A DNA stretch of 37,664 bases from NCBI GenBank assembly GCA_003009755.1, contig PXUB01000026.1:1-37664 (forward strand), in the 5' to 3' direction. The DNA is from Thermoplasmatales archaeon SW_10_69_26 (lineage in GTDB: Archaea; Thermoplasmatota; SW-10-69-26). The notes beneath the pieces were generated by a model. That model saw only the letters and a list, made by a program, of their open reading frames with translations, made no database searches and was not told where the DNA came from. The position numbers and the translations under genes were made by a program. The stretch's first letter is position 1, and each line of letters begins with the position of its first letter. Below are positions 8,101-14,915 of this stretch, in pieces.

Positions 8101-9228
8101 CCGGCCTCGGTCACGGTCGAGGGGCGGGACCTGTTCGGGAACCCCTTCGAGGTCGAGCTGGGCCCGATCGAGCTTCAACCGGTCGAGATCCGCACCCAGC
8201 CGGTGGGCCAGATCGCGACCACGGCGCCGCGCGGCCAGCTGTTCAGCTTCGATCTGCAGATGACCTACGAGACGGGGACCACCTTCACCGCCGGCGACGG
8301 CGAGCCCCAGGTCCGCGTGGTGGACGCAACCGGGAGCCAGGTGGACAGCGGTCGGGCCTCCTTCCAGGGTGAGACCTGGGAGATCCGTTGGCGACCGCCC
8401 GCCGATCTCTCCTCGGGGAACTACCGGGTCGAGGTGACCGGCACCGACCGCTCGGGCAACGTCGTCGAGGACTTCACGACCGCGCCGATCTCGGTCGTCG
8501 CCGGCACGGTGCGAGGCGAGCCCAGCCAGCAGCCGCCGAGCAACGTCCGCCGCGGCGAACGGGTGCAAGCCGCCCTCACGTTCCCGGCCGCGATCGAGGA
8601 GGGCCAGGCCGTCGTCACGACCGGGACCGACGAGGTCGGCGAGCCGCAGACGACGATCGACGGCTCGACGGTCCGGCTCAGCTTCCCGACCGACCGCAGC
8701 ACGGGCCTCGTCGACGCCCGGTTCTCGTTCACCGGCACCGACATCGTCGGGAACAACATCACCGGGCAGACCGACCGGTTCTCGGTGCGCGCTCAGGAGA
8801 TGGCGATCCGATGGATCGAGCAGCCGCCGACCGAGGTCACCAAGGACCAGCCGGTCGAGGCGGCGTTCGTCGTGGAGTACCCGGACGGGACGCCGATGCG
8901 TCCCAGCGAAGGGGCACCGATCGTGGGCCTGTTCGCCGCCGACCAGCCGCTGGGCCAGATCGACGCCACCCCGCTGGAGGACAACCCGGTCGTGTGGACG
9001 ACCAGCTGGGAGCCGCCCGAGGACGTCCGCACCGACATCGCCTACCGGTTCAGCGCCAGCGCGCGCGACTCCTTCCGGAACGAGGCGCCGCCGGTCTCCT
9101 CGCAGGGGTTCTTCGTGCAGAACCCGGTCGTGCCGGATTACGTGCCCGTGGACGCGCCCAGCGCCGTTGCCGCCTTGGCCGCCCTGGCCGGGCTGGCCCT
9201 GGCTCTGCGCCGCGAGCAGCGCGCCTGA
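5161..9228 (+). CDS. Large secreted cell-surface glycoprotein with tandem Ig-like beta repeats and a C-terminal membrane anchor (1355 aa)
   Basis: Signal peptide RWLLVALAVLVATLTLATPASA; recurring YxDG[ST] and GxDxxGN motifs; many N-x-S/T sequons; C-terminal VPVDAPS + hydrophobic helix + RR; ATTAAAT at 5131-5137. Confidence 0.85.
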   Translation: MASLRPGSPDGDDPRATSAAREPSASAGRWLLVALAVLVATLTLATPASAAGEDLTIPEEFRDVVEGDSVPINVTFGTLSDDEDDEADIRVTCDGCPTWIRTVTFDEEKANCETTDAFVDTEDGQAKRSEAVCRISFPEGFRDEDGGPRPAEIGEPARTTTYDVRMGVAGEEARTTFQAHLSSASTCRPLPGETKTGVGQRSDVLLLSTSGHPQGEEVTLTIRSANTDLFERTFQSAGESIAYHFRWQVPLDLPIEGDGREATLIVDAASGGETETIALRPAVAQASPFLQPGRFNQSVEYNRTQEVNVQTGFDFFAAPQDCKDVAWNRDIQPVREDQVGDDPPRVLVRRLSEAPGSPPVETVDTADTVFRASDDFFLVNYTIPRDADATEAEEEDPVYDVKFEETELADGNYIGEWNSTDYEVYPYEIEPEFAVLQEEVERLETASLVMNLTYADGSTFTPADADGDLEVAFGLEGEDPEFQQVANHRGDGVWNVSFDLGFDYEPLGEYTWRISELRDNNGPRGERNRVPETVTDVVDVVSARPRLNVTTIVDDTRVESVERTQRVQVRVDARFQNGQPLTEENIDPAIGGIGLDVDKRNEFGRVVDQDSYVMKHAGDPGTWIESFRIGRSPSSAPVGTWDLSFEARDDRTPANENVTSVPFRVNPANVTVADQKAPPQLVNSSQVSYEFRLNYPDGSLVSERLVDESRGGQLDVRLERVTRADQPATVERELEPRPVAGGQAWRVQMNTSKIVPGTHFFNVTGQDVHGNAIGPQASDLFTVLFNGEFRNSTTPICPESEQGCSVQRGETVYVVFPGASGDQGMFGERPEIRVLRQDEESGRWILFREDVWLSSQQFFNQTGRDAGNNHVGRFSTDRSTPADTYRLVMLGRDNDDRGFVGYSQTFNVTRVPVEREIVQPFPDRAKKTEEIAARIESRAGDVIDSTVVDAGPIRARNIQTDTTGVGTFLRWQPPSTFPTGPASVTVEGRDLFGNPFEVELGPIELQPVEIRTQPVGQIATTAPRGQLFSFDLQMTYETGTTFTAGDGEPQVRVVDATGSQVDSGRASFQGETWEIRWRPPADLSSGNYRVEVTGTDRSGNVVEDFTTAPISVVAGTVRGEPSQQPPSNVRRGERVQAALTFPAAIEEGQAVVTTGTDEVGEPQTTIDGSTVRLSFPTDRSTGLVDARFSFTGTDIVGNNITGQTDRFSVRAQEMAIRWIEQPPTEVTKDQPVEAAFVVEYPDGTPMRPSEGAPIVGLFAADQPLGQIDATPLEDNPVVWTTSWEPPEDVRTDIAYRFSASARDSFRNEAPPVSSQGFFVQNPVVPDYVPVDAPSAVAALAALAGLALALRREQRA

Positions 9229-9231
9229 GGG

Positions 9232-9366
9232 TCACTCGGCGCCGGCCGAGCGCGTGAGCCGCACCCACAACGCGACGGCCAGCGTCACGACGATCGGGGC
9301 CAGCGCGAGGCCGCCGATCAGGGCGAGCTCGAGCCAGCCGACGCGCCCGACGAGCACCGTGGACAC
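9232..9366 (-). CDS. Small membrane protein (44 aa)
   Basis: MSTVLVGRVGWLELALIGGLALAPIVVTLAVALWVRLTRSAGAE; GATAAGG about 24 nt upstream. The start is uncertain because the frame is open further upstream. Confidence 0.5.
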   Translation of the reverse strand: MSTVLVGRVGWLELALIGGLALAPIVVTLAVALWVRLTRSAGAE

Positions 9367-9613
9367 GCGCCGACCAGACCCCTGGTCCCTTATCGCCTTG
9401 GCGGCGGCTGGCGGTGTCACTTCCTCCGCGTGAGGGCACCCCGTCGCCGGCGCCCCGGCGTCGTGGACCGCGACCCGGCGAGGCCGGTCAGGACCGCTCA
9501 CGCTGGCCGCCGAGGACGCGGCGTCCGCCACCGATCCCCGGTGAACCTGAGGCCCACCGAACCCCTGGCGAGGCGGGCTCTGGCCCTCCGCGTCCACCCA
9601 GCGTGCAGGAAAC

Positions 9614-9619
9614 TTTAAG
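9614..9619 (+). promoter_or_regulatory. TATA box upstream of the long TrmB-1 leader
   Basis: GGAAACTTTAAG is the most AT-rich patch in the 640-bp intergenic region, about 385 nt before the TrmB ATG. Confidence 0.55.
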
Positions 9620-9639
9620 TGTAGACTGGCGGACGTGGC

Positions 9640-10005
9640 GGTTGCCTCGGGACGCCCCGGGGCACGTTGCCGAACCCGCACGCGCCTCCGCTCCACCCCG
9701 CGCTCGCCGGTGAGCGCGACCGTGCACCCCCGGTCCCAACCACCGATAGCGTCAGCTGTCGGTCGAAGGGGGTCCACGGTCGTCGGCCGGCCCGGTCGGG
9801 GCTCGCGGTCTCCCCGCGGCGCCCGATCGGTGCGCCGTCCACGGTCTCCCCGTGGCGGTGACCCGCGTGGTGGACGCCGCCGACCCGGCGGACGAGATCG
9901 ACCAGCGCCAGCTGGGCCGCTCTCGTGCGCCGGGCTCGATCGGCCTTCCCCAGCGGAGCGTGTGCACCGCGAAACCGCACCACACGCAACCGAGGGATCC
10001 AACAC
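9640..10005 (+). ncRNA. Candidate structured 5' leader or ncRNA upstream of TrmB-1
   Basis: Nearly continuous stem-loops (9643-9664, 9717-9782 enclosing 9742-9763, 9804-9818, 9839-9855, 9958-9987). G-U wobbles favour the + strand, and there is no credible ORF. Confidence 0.45.
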
Positions 10006-10854
10006 ATGGCCATCAACCAGGAACGTCTCGCCAAGATCCAGGACTACGGGCTGACTGAGTACGAAGCGCGCGCCTACCTCGCTCTGCTGGACTTCGAGGT
10101 GGCGACAGCGAGCAAGGTCGCGCGACTGGCGCGCGTGCCGCGCACGAAGATCTACCAGGCCCTCGAGGACCTCGAGGAGAAGCAGCTGGTCCGCGTCATC
10201 CCCGAGCGGCCCAAGCGCTTCGTCGCCCAGCCCTTCGACAACCACATCGAGCAGCTCGAGCGCGAGCACGAGCGTAAGATCGAGCAGCTCGAGGAGGAGC
10301 GGCGCGAGCTCGCCGACGAGTTCGAGCCCAAGGGCACGGTCAACCTCGAGGACCCCGGCCAGTTCGTCATGATGCGCTCGCGCTCGAACGTGACCGAGAA
10401 GATCATGAGTCTGATCGAGGGCGCCGAGGAGTCGGTGCTGCTCGTCGGCTCCGAGATGACGCTGGCGCGGTTCGACTACTTCGAGCCCACGATCGCGGAG
10501 GCCGCCGGCGACGGCGTCATGTTCACCGCGATGGGGCCCCTCACAGAGGAGAACGAGGAGGCCGTCGAGGAGCTGTCCGCGCACGGACGCATCCTCTCCT
10601 ACTCCGACGCCACGCCCGGCCAGTGCCTGATGATCGTGGACGGCGAGGAGGTCCTGCTCACGCACGCCGTGCCCGACGACACGCACATGTTCCAGGGCGA
10701 GGACGTCGCGCTGTGGACCGACGACCAGGCGATGGTCGCCTCCTTCGAGTCGATCGCCGAGATCGCGCTCACGGCCGCGCAGGTCGTCGAGGACGACCTC
10801 ACAGCGGACACCGAGGCCGCCGAGGAATCCGAGACCGCCGTCGCCGCCAACTGA
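10006..10854 (+). CDS. TrmB family transcriptional regulator, paralog 1 (282 aa)
   Basis: YGLTEYEARAYLALL...VPRTKIYQALEDLEEKQLV...RPKRF wHTH, a coiled coil, and a C-terminal effector domain (MIVDGEE). Confidence 0.92.
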   Translation: MAINQERLAKIQDYGLTEYEARAYLALLDFEVATASKVARLARVPRTKIYQALEDLEEKQLVRVIPERPKRFVAQPFDNHIEQLEREHERKIEQLEEERRELADEFEPKGTVNLEDPGQFVMMRSRSNVTEKIMSLIEGAEESVLLVGSEMTLARFDYFEPTIAEAAGDGVMFTAMGPLTEENEEAVEELSAHGRILSYSDATPGQCLMIVDGEEVLLTHAVPDDTHMFQGEDVALWTDDQAMVASFESIAEIALTAAQVVEDDLTADTEAAEESETAVAAN

Positions 10855-10863
10855 GGTGGACAG

Positions 10864-11079
10864 GTGTCCCTCACGCCGCGTGACGGACCGGACCTCAAGG
10901 TCCCCCCGTCGGACAACACGGCCACGGACGAGAGCTGCCGTGAGGCCGAGCCCATGAACGACGACACCGCGTCCGCCGCGAGCGACGTGCTGGCGACCCT
11001 GTGTCGCATGTCGCTGCTCCGCAACGAGTCGCTCACCGTGAGCGGCGGCTACGCGCGGACCCCGCCCCACGACGCGTAG
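10864..11079 (+). CDS. Small hypothetical protein (71 aa)
   Basis: GAGGTGG RBS right after the TrmB stop; fills the gap to the next gene; acidic; no recognisable domain. Confidence 0.4.
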   Translation: MSLTPRDGPDLKVPPSDNTATDESCREAEPMNDDTASAASDVLATLCRMSLLRNESLTVSGGYARTPPHDA

Positions 11080-11100
11080 ATCGCTTGGAGGTAGACCTTC

Positions 11101-11961
11101 GTGCCCGAGGCCCGCGACCGTCGGCTGCTCACCCTCGCCCTGGTGGCAGCTGTGCTGACGGCGGGCCTTTTGGGCACCGTGGACGCGACCAGCCACGTCG
11201 GGAACGAGCACCTGACGACCGGCCACACCGAGTTCGCCGACGCGTCCACGTCGTTCAACTCCTGCTTCGCCGGGCTCGCCGGCCTCCTGATGCAGCGCGT
11301 GACCTGGTTCAACGGACAGACGCTGTTCACGCGCGCCGACAGCGGCGGCGACAAGCACGTGTACGTGGCCGAGCACCTGGAGGATCGCGACGGCGACGGC
11401 TTCAACGAGAGCACCGGGTTCCGCGTCGATCAAGATCCCTCGCAGCAACGGCTCTACCGGACGAACAACACGTACACGTTCACCGACCCGCACGACAAGC
11501 AGAACGACGTCGAGGACCCCAAGCAGTGGGTCGTGAAGGAGTACTTCGAGCTCCGCGACCGCAAGGACATCAACGCCGAGGTCACCAAGGGCGACACGGG
11601 CCCCGACGAGGAGGCCTACGAGAAGGACAAGTTCTACGTCTTCGTCGTCCAGACCGGCGACGCCCGCACCGACGGCACGCTGCAGAAGGACTACAACTTC
11701 GCGATGGTGATCGACACCTGTCGGTTCTACGGCGCGCAGGCCGGCGAGGCCGATCACAACGGGACGAGCGGGACCAGCGGCGACCCGTGGGGCCAACACG
11801 AGGAGCAGGACGGCAACCACACCCACGGCGTGTTCTCGATCGACCTCTGGACCGGCGGCGAGCCGAACACGGTCGCCGGCGGCAACGCGCAGGTCCCCGA
11901 CGACCGTGACAACAAGGGCAACCAGTCCGTCGACGACGACCCGAAGGACGGCCAACCATGA
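11101..11961 (+). CDS. Secreted protein of an unrecognised family, paralog A (286 aa)
   Basis: GGAGG RBS; signal peptide RRLLTLALVAAVLTAGLLGTVDA; shares colinear motifs with 13153-14745. Confidence 0.82.
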   Translation: MPEARDRRLLTLALVAAVLTAGLLGTVDATSHVGNEHLTTGHTEFADASTSFNSCFAGLAGLLMQRVTWFNGQTLFTRADSGGDKHVYVAEHLEDRDGDGFNESTGFRVDQDPSQQRLYRTNNTYTFTDPHDKQNDVEDPKQWVVKEYFELRDRKDINAEVTKGDTGPDEEAYEKDKFYVFVVQTGDARTDGTLQKDYNFAMVIDTCRFYGAQAGEADHNGTSGTSGDPWGQHEEQDGNHTHGVFSIDLWTGGEPNTVAGGNAQVPDDRDNKGNQSVDDDPKDGQP

Positions 11962-12213
11962 GAGCCCCCCAGCCGACCGTATCGCGCAGCCGACGCTCGC
12001 CGGCCCGAGGCCAGCGTCGGCGCTTCCCCCTCACCCCTCACCCCTTCACCGTCACCAGGTCCCCCGGGATGGCCCGGGCGACCGTTGACCGCCGCTCACG
12101 CGGCGACTGCCGAACCCGCAGGACGTGGCCGCCCCCCTCTCTCGGGCGGCCGCATGCCGGCGCTCAGCCGGCGACCGCGCTCACGCGCGGCTCCGAGAGA
12201 CGAGGTGTTGCAC
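11962..12213 (+). ncRNA. Candidate structured leader upstream of TrmB-2
   Basis: Hairpins at 11990-12020, 12091-12104, 12127-12151, 12156-12172 and 12175-12190; TCACC four times at 12031-12056; shares TGCCGAACCCGCA with the TrmB-1 leader. Confidence 0.4.
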
Positions 12214-13020
12214 ATGGCGATCGAACAAGAGCACATGGAGAAGGTCCAAGACTACGGCCTGACCGAGTACGAGGCTCGGGCCTACCTGGCCTTGCTCGAG
12301 CTACACGGCGGGACCGCGCGCGAGGTGGCTTCACTGTCGCGCGTGCCCCGCACGAAGATCTACCAGGTCCTCGACGACCTGCACGAGAAACGGCTCGCGG
12401 AGGTCATCCCCGAGCGCCCCAAGCGCTACGTGGCGGTGCCCTTCGAGGAGTACCTCGAGCGCTTCGAGGAGGAGTACGAGGAGAAGCTCGAGAAGATCTC
12501 CCAGGACCGCGAGCTCGCGCGCGAGGAGCTGGTTCCCACCGGGGAACGGGAACCCACGCAAGCCGGCGCGTTCCAGATCTTCAAAGGCCGCAAGAACGTG
12601 ACGACCAAGATCGAGGAGATGCTCCAGGAGGCCGACGGGGAGGTCTTCCACGTCGGCTCCGGGCCCGCCGCCGAGCGGTTCCAGTACCACACGCCGGTGC
12701 TGGAGGACCTCGACGGCGAGGACGTGACCGTCCGCGCCCTGTTCCCGAAGACCGACGCCAACGAGGCCGCGTTGGACGAGCTCGCCGAGACGTGCGTCGT
12801 CCGCGATCGCGAGGATCCGGGCGCCGGCTCGGCGATCATGATCGTCGACGAGGACCAGGCGATCGTCTGGCATCCCGTGCCCGACGACAGCCACGTCTTC
12901 CAGGGCGACGACGTCGCCATGTGGACCGACGACGGTGTCGTCGTCGAGGACCTCAAAGCCGGTTTCGAGGCCTCGTGGTCCACGGGCGAGGAGGTTCCCC
13001 CGTGTTCCCCACCAGCGTGA
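12214..13020 (+). CDS. TrmB family transcriptional regulator, paralog 2 (268 aa)
   Basis: GAGGTG RBS; YGLTEYEARAYLALL...VPRTKIYQVLDDLHEKRLA; same C-terminal HxVPDDxHxFQGxDVAxWTDD motif as paralog 1. Confidence 0.92.
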   Translation: MAIEQEHMEKVQDYGLTEYEARAYLALLELHGGTAREVASLSRVPRTKIYQVLDDLHEKRLAEVIPERPKRYVAVPFEEYLERFEEEYEEKLEKISQDRELAREELVPTGEREPTQAGAFQIFKGRKNVTTKIEEMLQEADGEVFHVGSGPAAERFQYHTPVLEDLDGEDVTVRALFPKTDANEAALDELAETCVVRDREDPGAGSAIMIVDEDQAIVWHPVPDDSHVFQGDDVAMWTDDGVVVEDLKAGFEASWSTGEEVPPCSPPA

Positions 13021-13152
13021 CACAAGGATGCCTTTGCGTAGGCTACCGAATCCGTACCCTGCACGGAGGCAACGAGTCCGTGACTGCGACCAAGCGTGGT
13101 ACGTGCCATCGCTTCACGCAGCCCCCTGTTTCGAGATTGGAGGTGAGAGAAG

Positions 13153-14745
13153 GTGAATAGCCGCAAATTGATCGCGCTGTTCCTGGTGTTCGCCCTCACA
13201 GGCTCAGCACTGGCAGCGCAACAACAGCGATTGTACCGAGGAAGTGCCGATGGCGATGCCGAAGCTTCCGGCGTCACCGCCGTGCAACAGCACAGCGTGT
13301 TCATCGAGATCGTCGTGCAGGACGAGGATGAGGACGAGCAGGTCCACAAGTTCGCGGCCGTGGTCGGGCTCATCAAGAAGTGCAAGCAGGTCCGCAACGT
13401 CTTCGACAACGCGGTCCTGTGGTTCAACGACCAGTTCCTCTTCGGCGACAAGCAGAACAACGTCGAGGAGAACGAGACCGACAAAGGCCTCGACTCCCAG
13501 CCCGACCTGACGGCCGAGGAGCTCAACGCCACCGCCGAGGAGAAGGGCTTCGTCGGCGAGTCGTGGAACGGCACCGCCCGCTGGGGTGGCTGTTACACGC
13601 CCGACGGGTTCGCCCACGCGATCGGCGCCGACGATCCCTTCGGCACCGTGAACGTCCAGGCCGGTGGCGCCGAAGAGAACGTGTCCGCCGAGGACACGCA
13701 GACCGGCATCTTCTCGGCCGACGACAACAGGGACGTCGTCAAGAACCTGATCGACCTGGATCAGGACTGCAGAGGTTGCATCTTCGAGTACGACTCGAGC
13801 TTCTTCGTGGTCGACCCCAACGGCCACGAGTGGATCGTGGACAAGTACCTCTACCCGCTCTCCGTGGTGGGCAACCTCTTCTCGTCCGGTCAGGGCGACG
13901 ACTGCGGTGACAGCGAGTCCGACGACACCGCCAGCCCCTTCACGATCGACGACCCGCGCGAGGGCCACGACCCGAACACGTGTAAGGACGACACCGAAGA
14001 CGACCGAGACAACCACCGAGGCGGCAGCGAGAGCGGCTTCGCCGACCCCGCGCTCTACGAGCCGCTGTTCTCGGTGCACCTGCAGACTGACACGGACACG
14101 CCCGACGGTCTCGGCTTCGCCGACCAGGCGCGCTTCCAGTACAACGCCACCGCGGACGACACGCAGGCGACCGCCGAGCGCAACGGTGCGATCTACCCCG
14201 GCGAGGACGCGCAAACCCGCGAGGCGTGCGAGACGACGATCACCCCCGATCGGCGCTGCTCGATCGAGTACAACTTCCTGATCGCCGTGGACTTCGCCGC
14301 CTTCGACGGTGGCGGGACCAGCACCGGCGACGGTGACCCCTCGGTCACGCAGCGCGGCGAGAACGAGAAGACGGGCTGCGCCGTGGAGCACGGCGAGGGT
14401 GGTGCGGACAACGACACCGCCTACTGGCAGGGCAACTCGCACCCGCACAACCCCGAGAACCGCTCGGCGTCCCCGAACCACTGCCACTCGTCGGTGAACC
14501 TCGACATCTTCTTCCACAGCACCGCTCCGCAGTACACCACGGACCACCAGTACTGGACGGACAGTGCTGGCACACCGGTCAGCTGGGGTCCGGAGTGTAA
14601 CAGCGAGGAAGACACGGAGGAATTCGACGACGGGCAGGACGAAAGCGCGATCGACGCTCGCACCCCGCTCGTGTGCGACGACGACAGCGACGCTGGCGAG
14701 TTCCACGCCCACGACGGCAACCAGACGATCAGCGACGACCGCTGA
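13153..14745 (+). CDS. Secreted Cys/His-rich acidic protein of an unrecognised family, paralog B (530 aa)
   Basis: GGAGGTGA RBS; signal peptide RKLIALFLVFALTGSALA; about a dozen Cys; homologous blocks to 11101-11961. Confidence 0.85.
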   Translation: MNSRKLIALFLVFALTGSALAAQQQRLYRGSADGDAEASGVTAVQQHSVFIEIVVQDEDEDEQVHKFAAVVGLIKKCKQVRNVFDNAVLWFNDQFLFGDKQNNVEENETDKGLDSQPDLTAEELNATAEEKGFVGESWNGTARWGGCYTPDGFAHAIGADDPFGTVNVQAGGAEENVSAEDTQTGIFSADDNRDVVKNLIDLDQDCRGCIFEYDSSFFVVDPNGHEWIVDKYLYPLSVVGNLFSSGQGDDCGDSESDDTASPFTIDDPREGHDPNTCKDDTEDDRDNHRGGSESGFADPALYEPLFSVHLQTDTDTPDGLGFADQARFQYNATADDTQATAERNGAIYPGEDAQTREACETTITPDRRCSIEYNFLIAVDFAAFDGGGTSTGDGDPSVTQRGENEKTGCAVEHGEGGADNDTAYWQGNSHPHNPENRSASPNHCHSSVNLDIFFHSTAPQYTTDHQYWTDSAGTPVSWGPECNSEEDTEEFDDGQDESAIDARTPLVCDDDSDAGEFHAHDGNQTISDDR

Positions 14746-14750
14746 CCCAA

Positions 14751-14862
14751 CCGGCCACCGTAGCGGGGGGGCGACCTCCCCCGCCGTTTCGGCCGCGCGG
14801 TCCGCCCTCGCTCGGTGGGGGCGGACCCACCTTCTCTCGCCGTTCTTTTTCCCGACTTTCTT
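14751..14862 (+). terminator. Two GC-rich hairpins followed by a pyrimidine/T tract
   Basis: Stems 14763-14784 and 14799-14827, then TTCTTTTTCCCGACTTTCTT. Confidence 0.55.
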
Positions 14863-14915
14863 GACACCCCACCAGCGGTGCCGTTCCCTCGGCATGGCAC
14901 CCGTAACGACGCACC

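Noticed and set aside
5230-8568. 1112-aa minus-strand ORF, and similar long antisense or off-frame ORFs (9232-11955, 13204-15198, 16218-18431, 20198-23044, 24145-26235, 28817-30376, 31805-33439)
   Set aside because: Shadow ORFs of real genes in high-GC DNA. They show V/L/D/H-rich antisense or R/P/G-rich off-frame composition, carry no motifs, and overlap well-supported genes.
9420-9610. Long-range stems (CACGCTGG/CCAGCGTG, GGACGCGG/CCGCGTCC) as RNase P or SRP RNA
   Set aside because: Lacks the GAGGAAAGUCC and helix-8 GGAAG/AGCAG signatures on either strand; pairing of this kind may be chance at this GC.
9925-10005. Upstream in-frame extensions of TrmB-1 (from 9925) and TrmB-2 (from 12085)
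   Set aside because: Both paralogs align from MAI with RBS-like sequences just upstream; the extensions are basic and unlike the acidic proteome.
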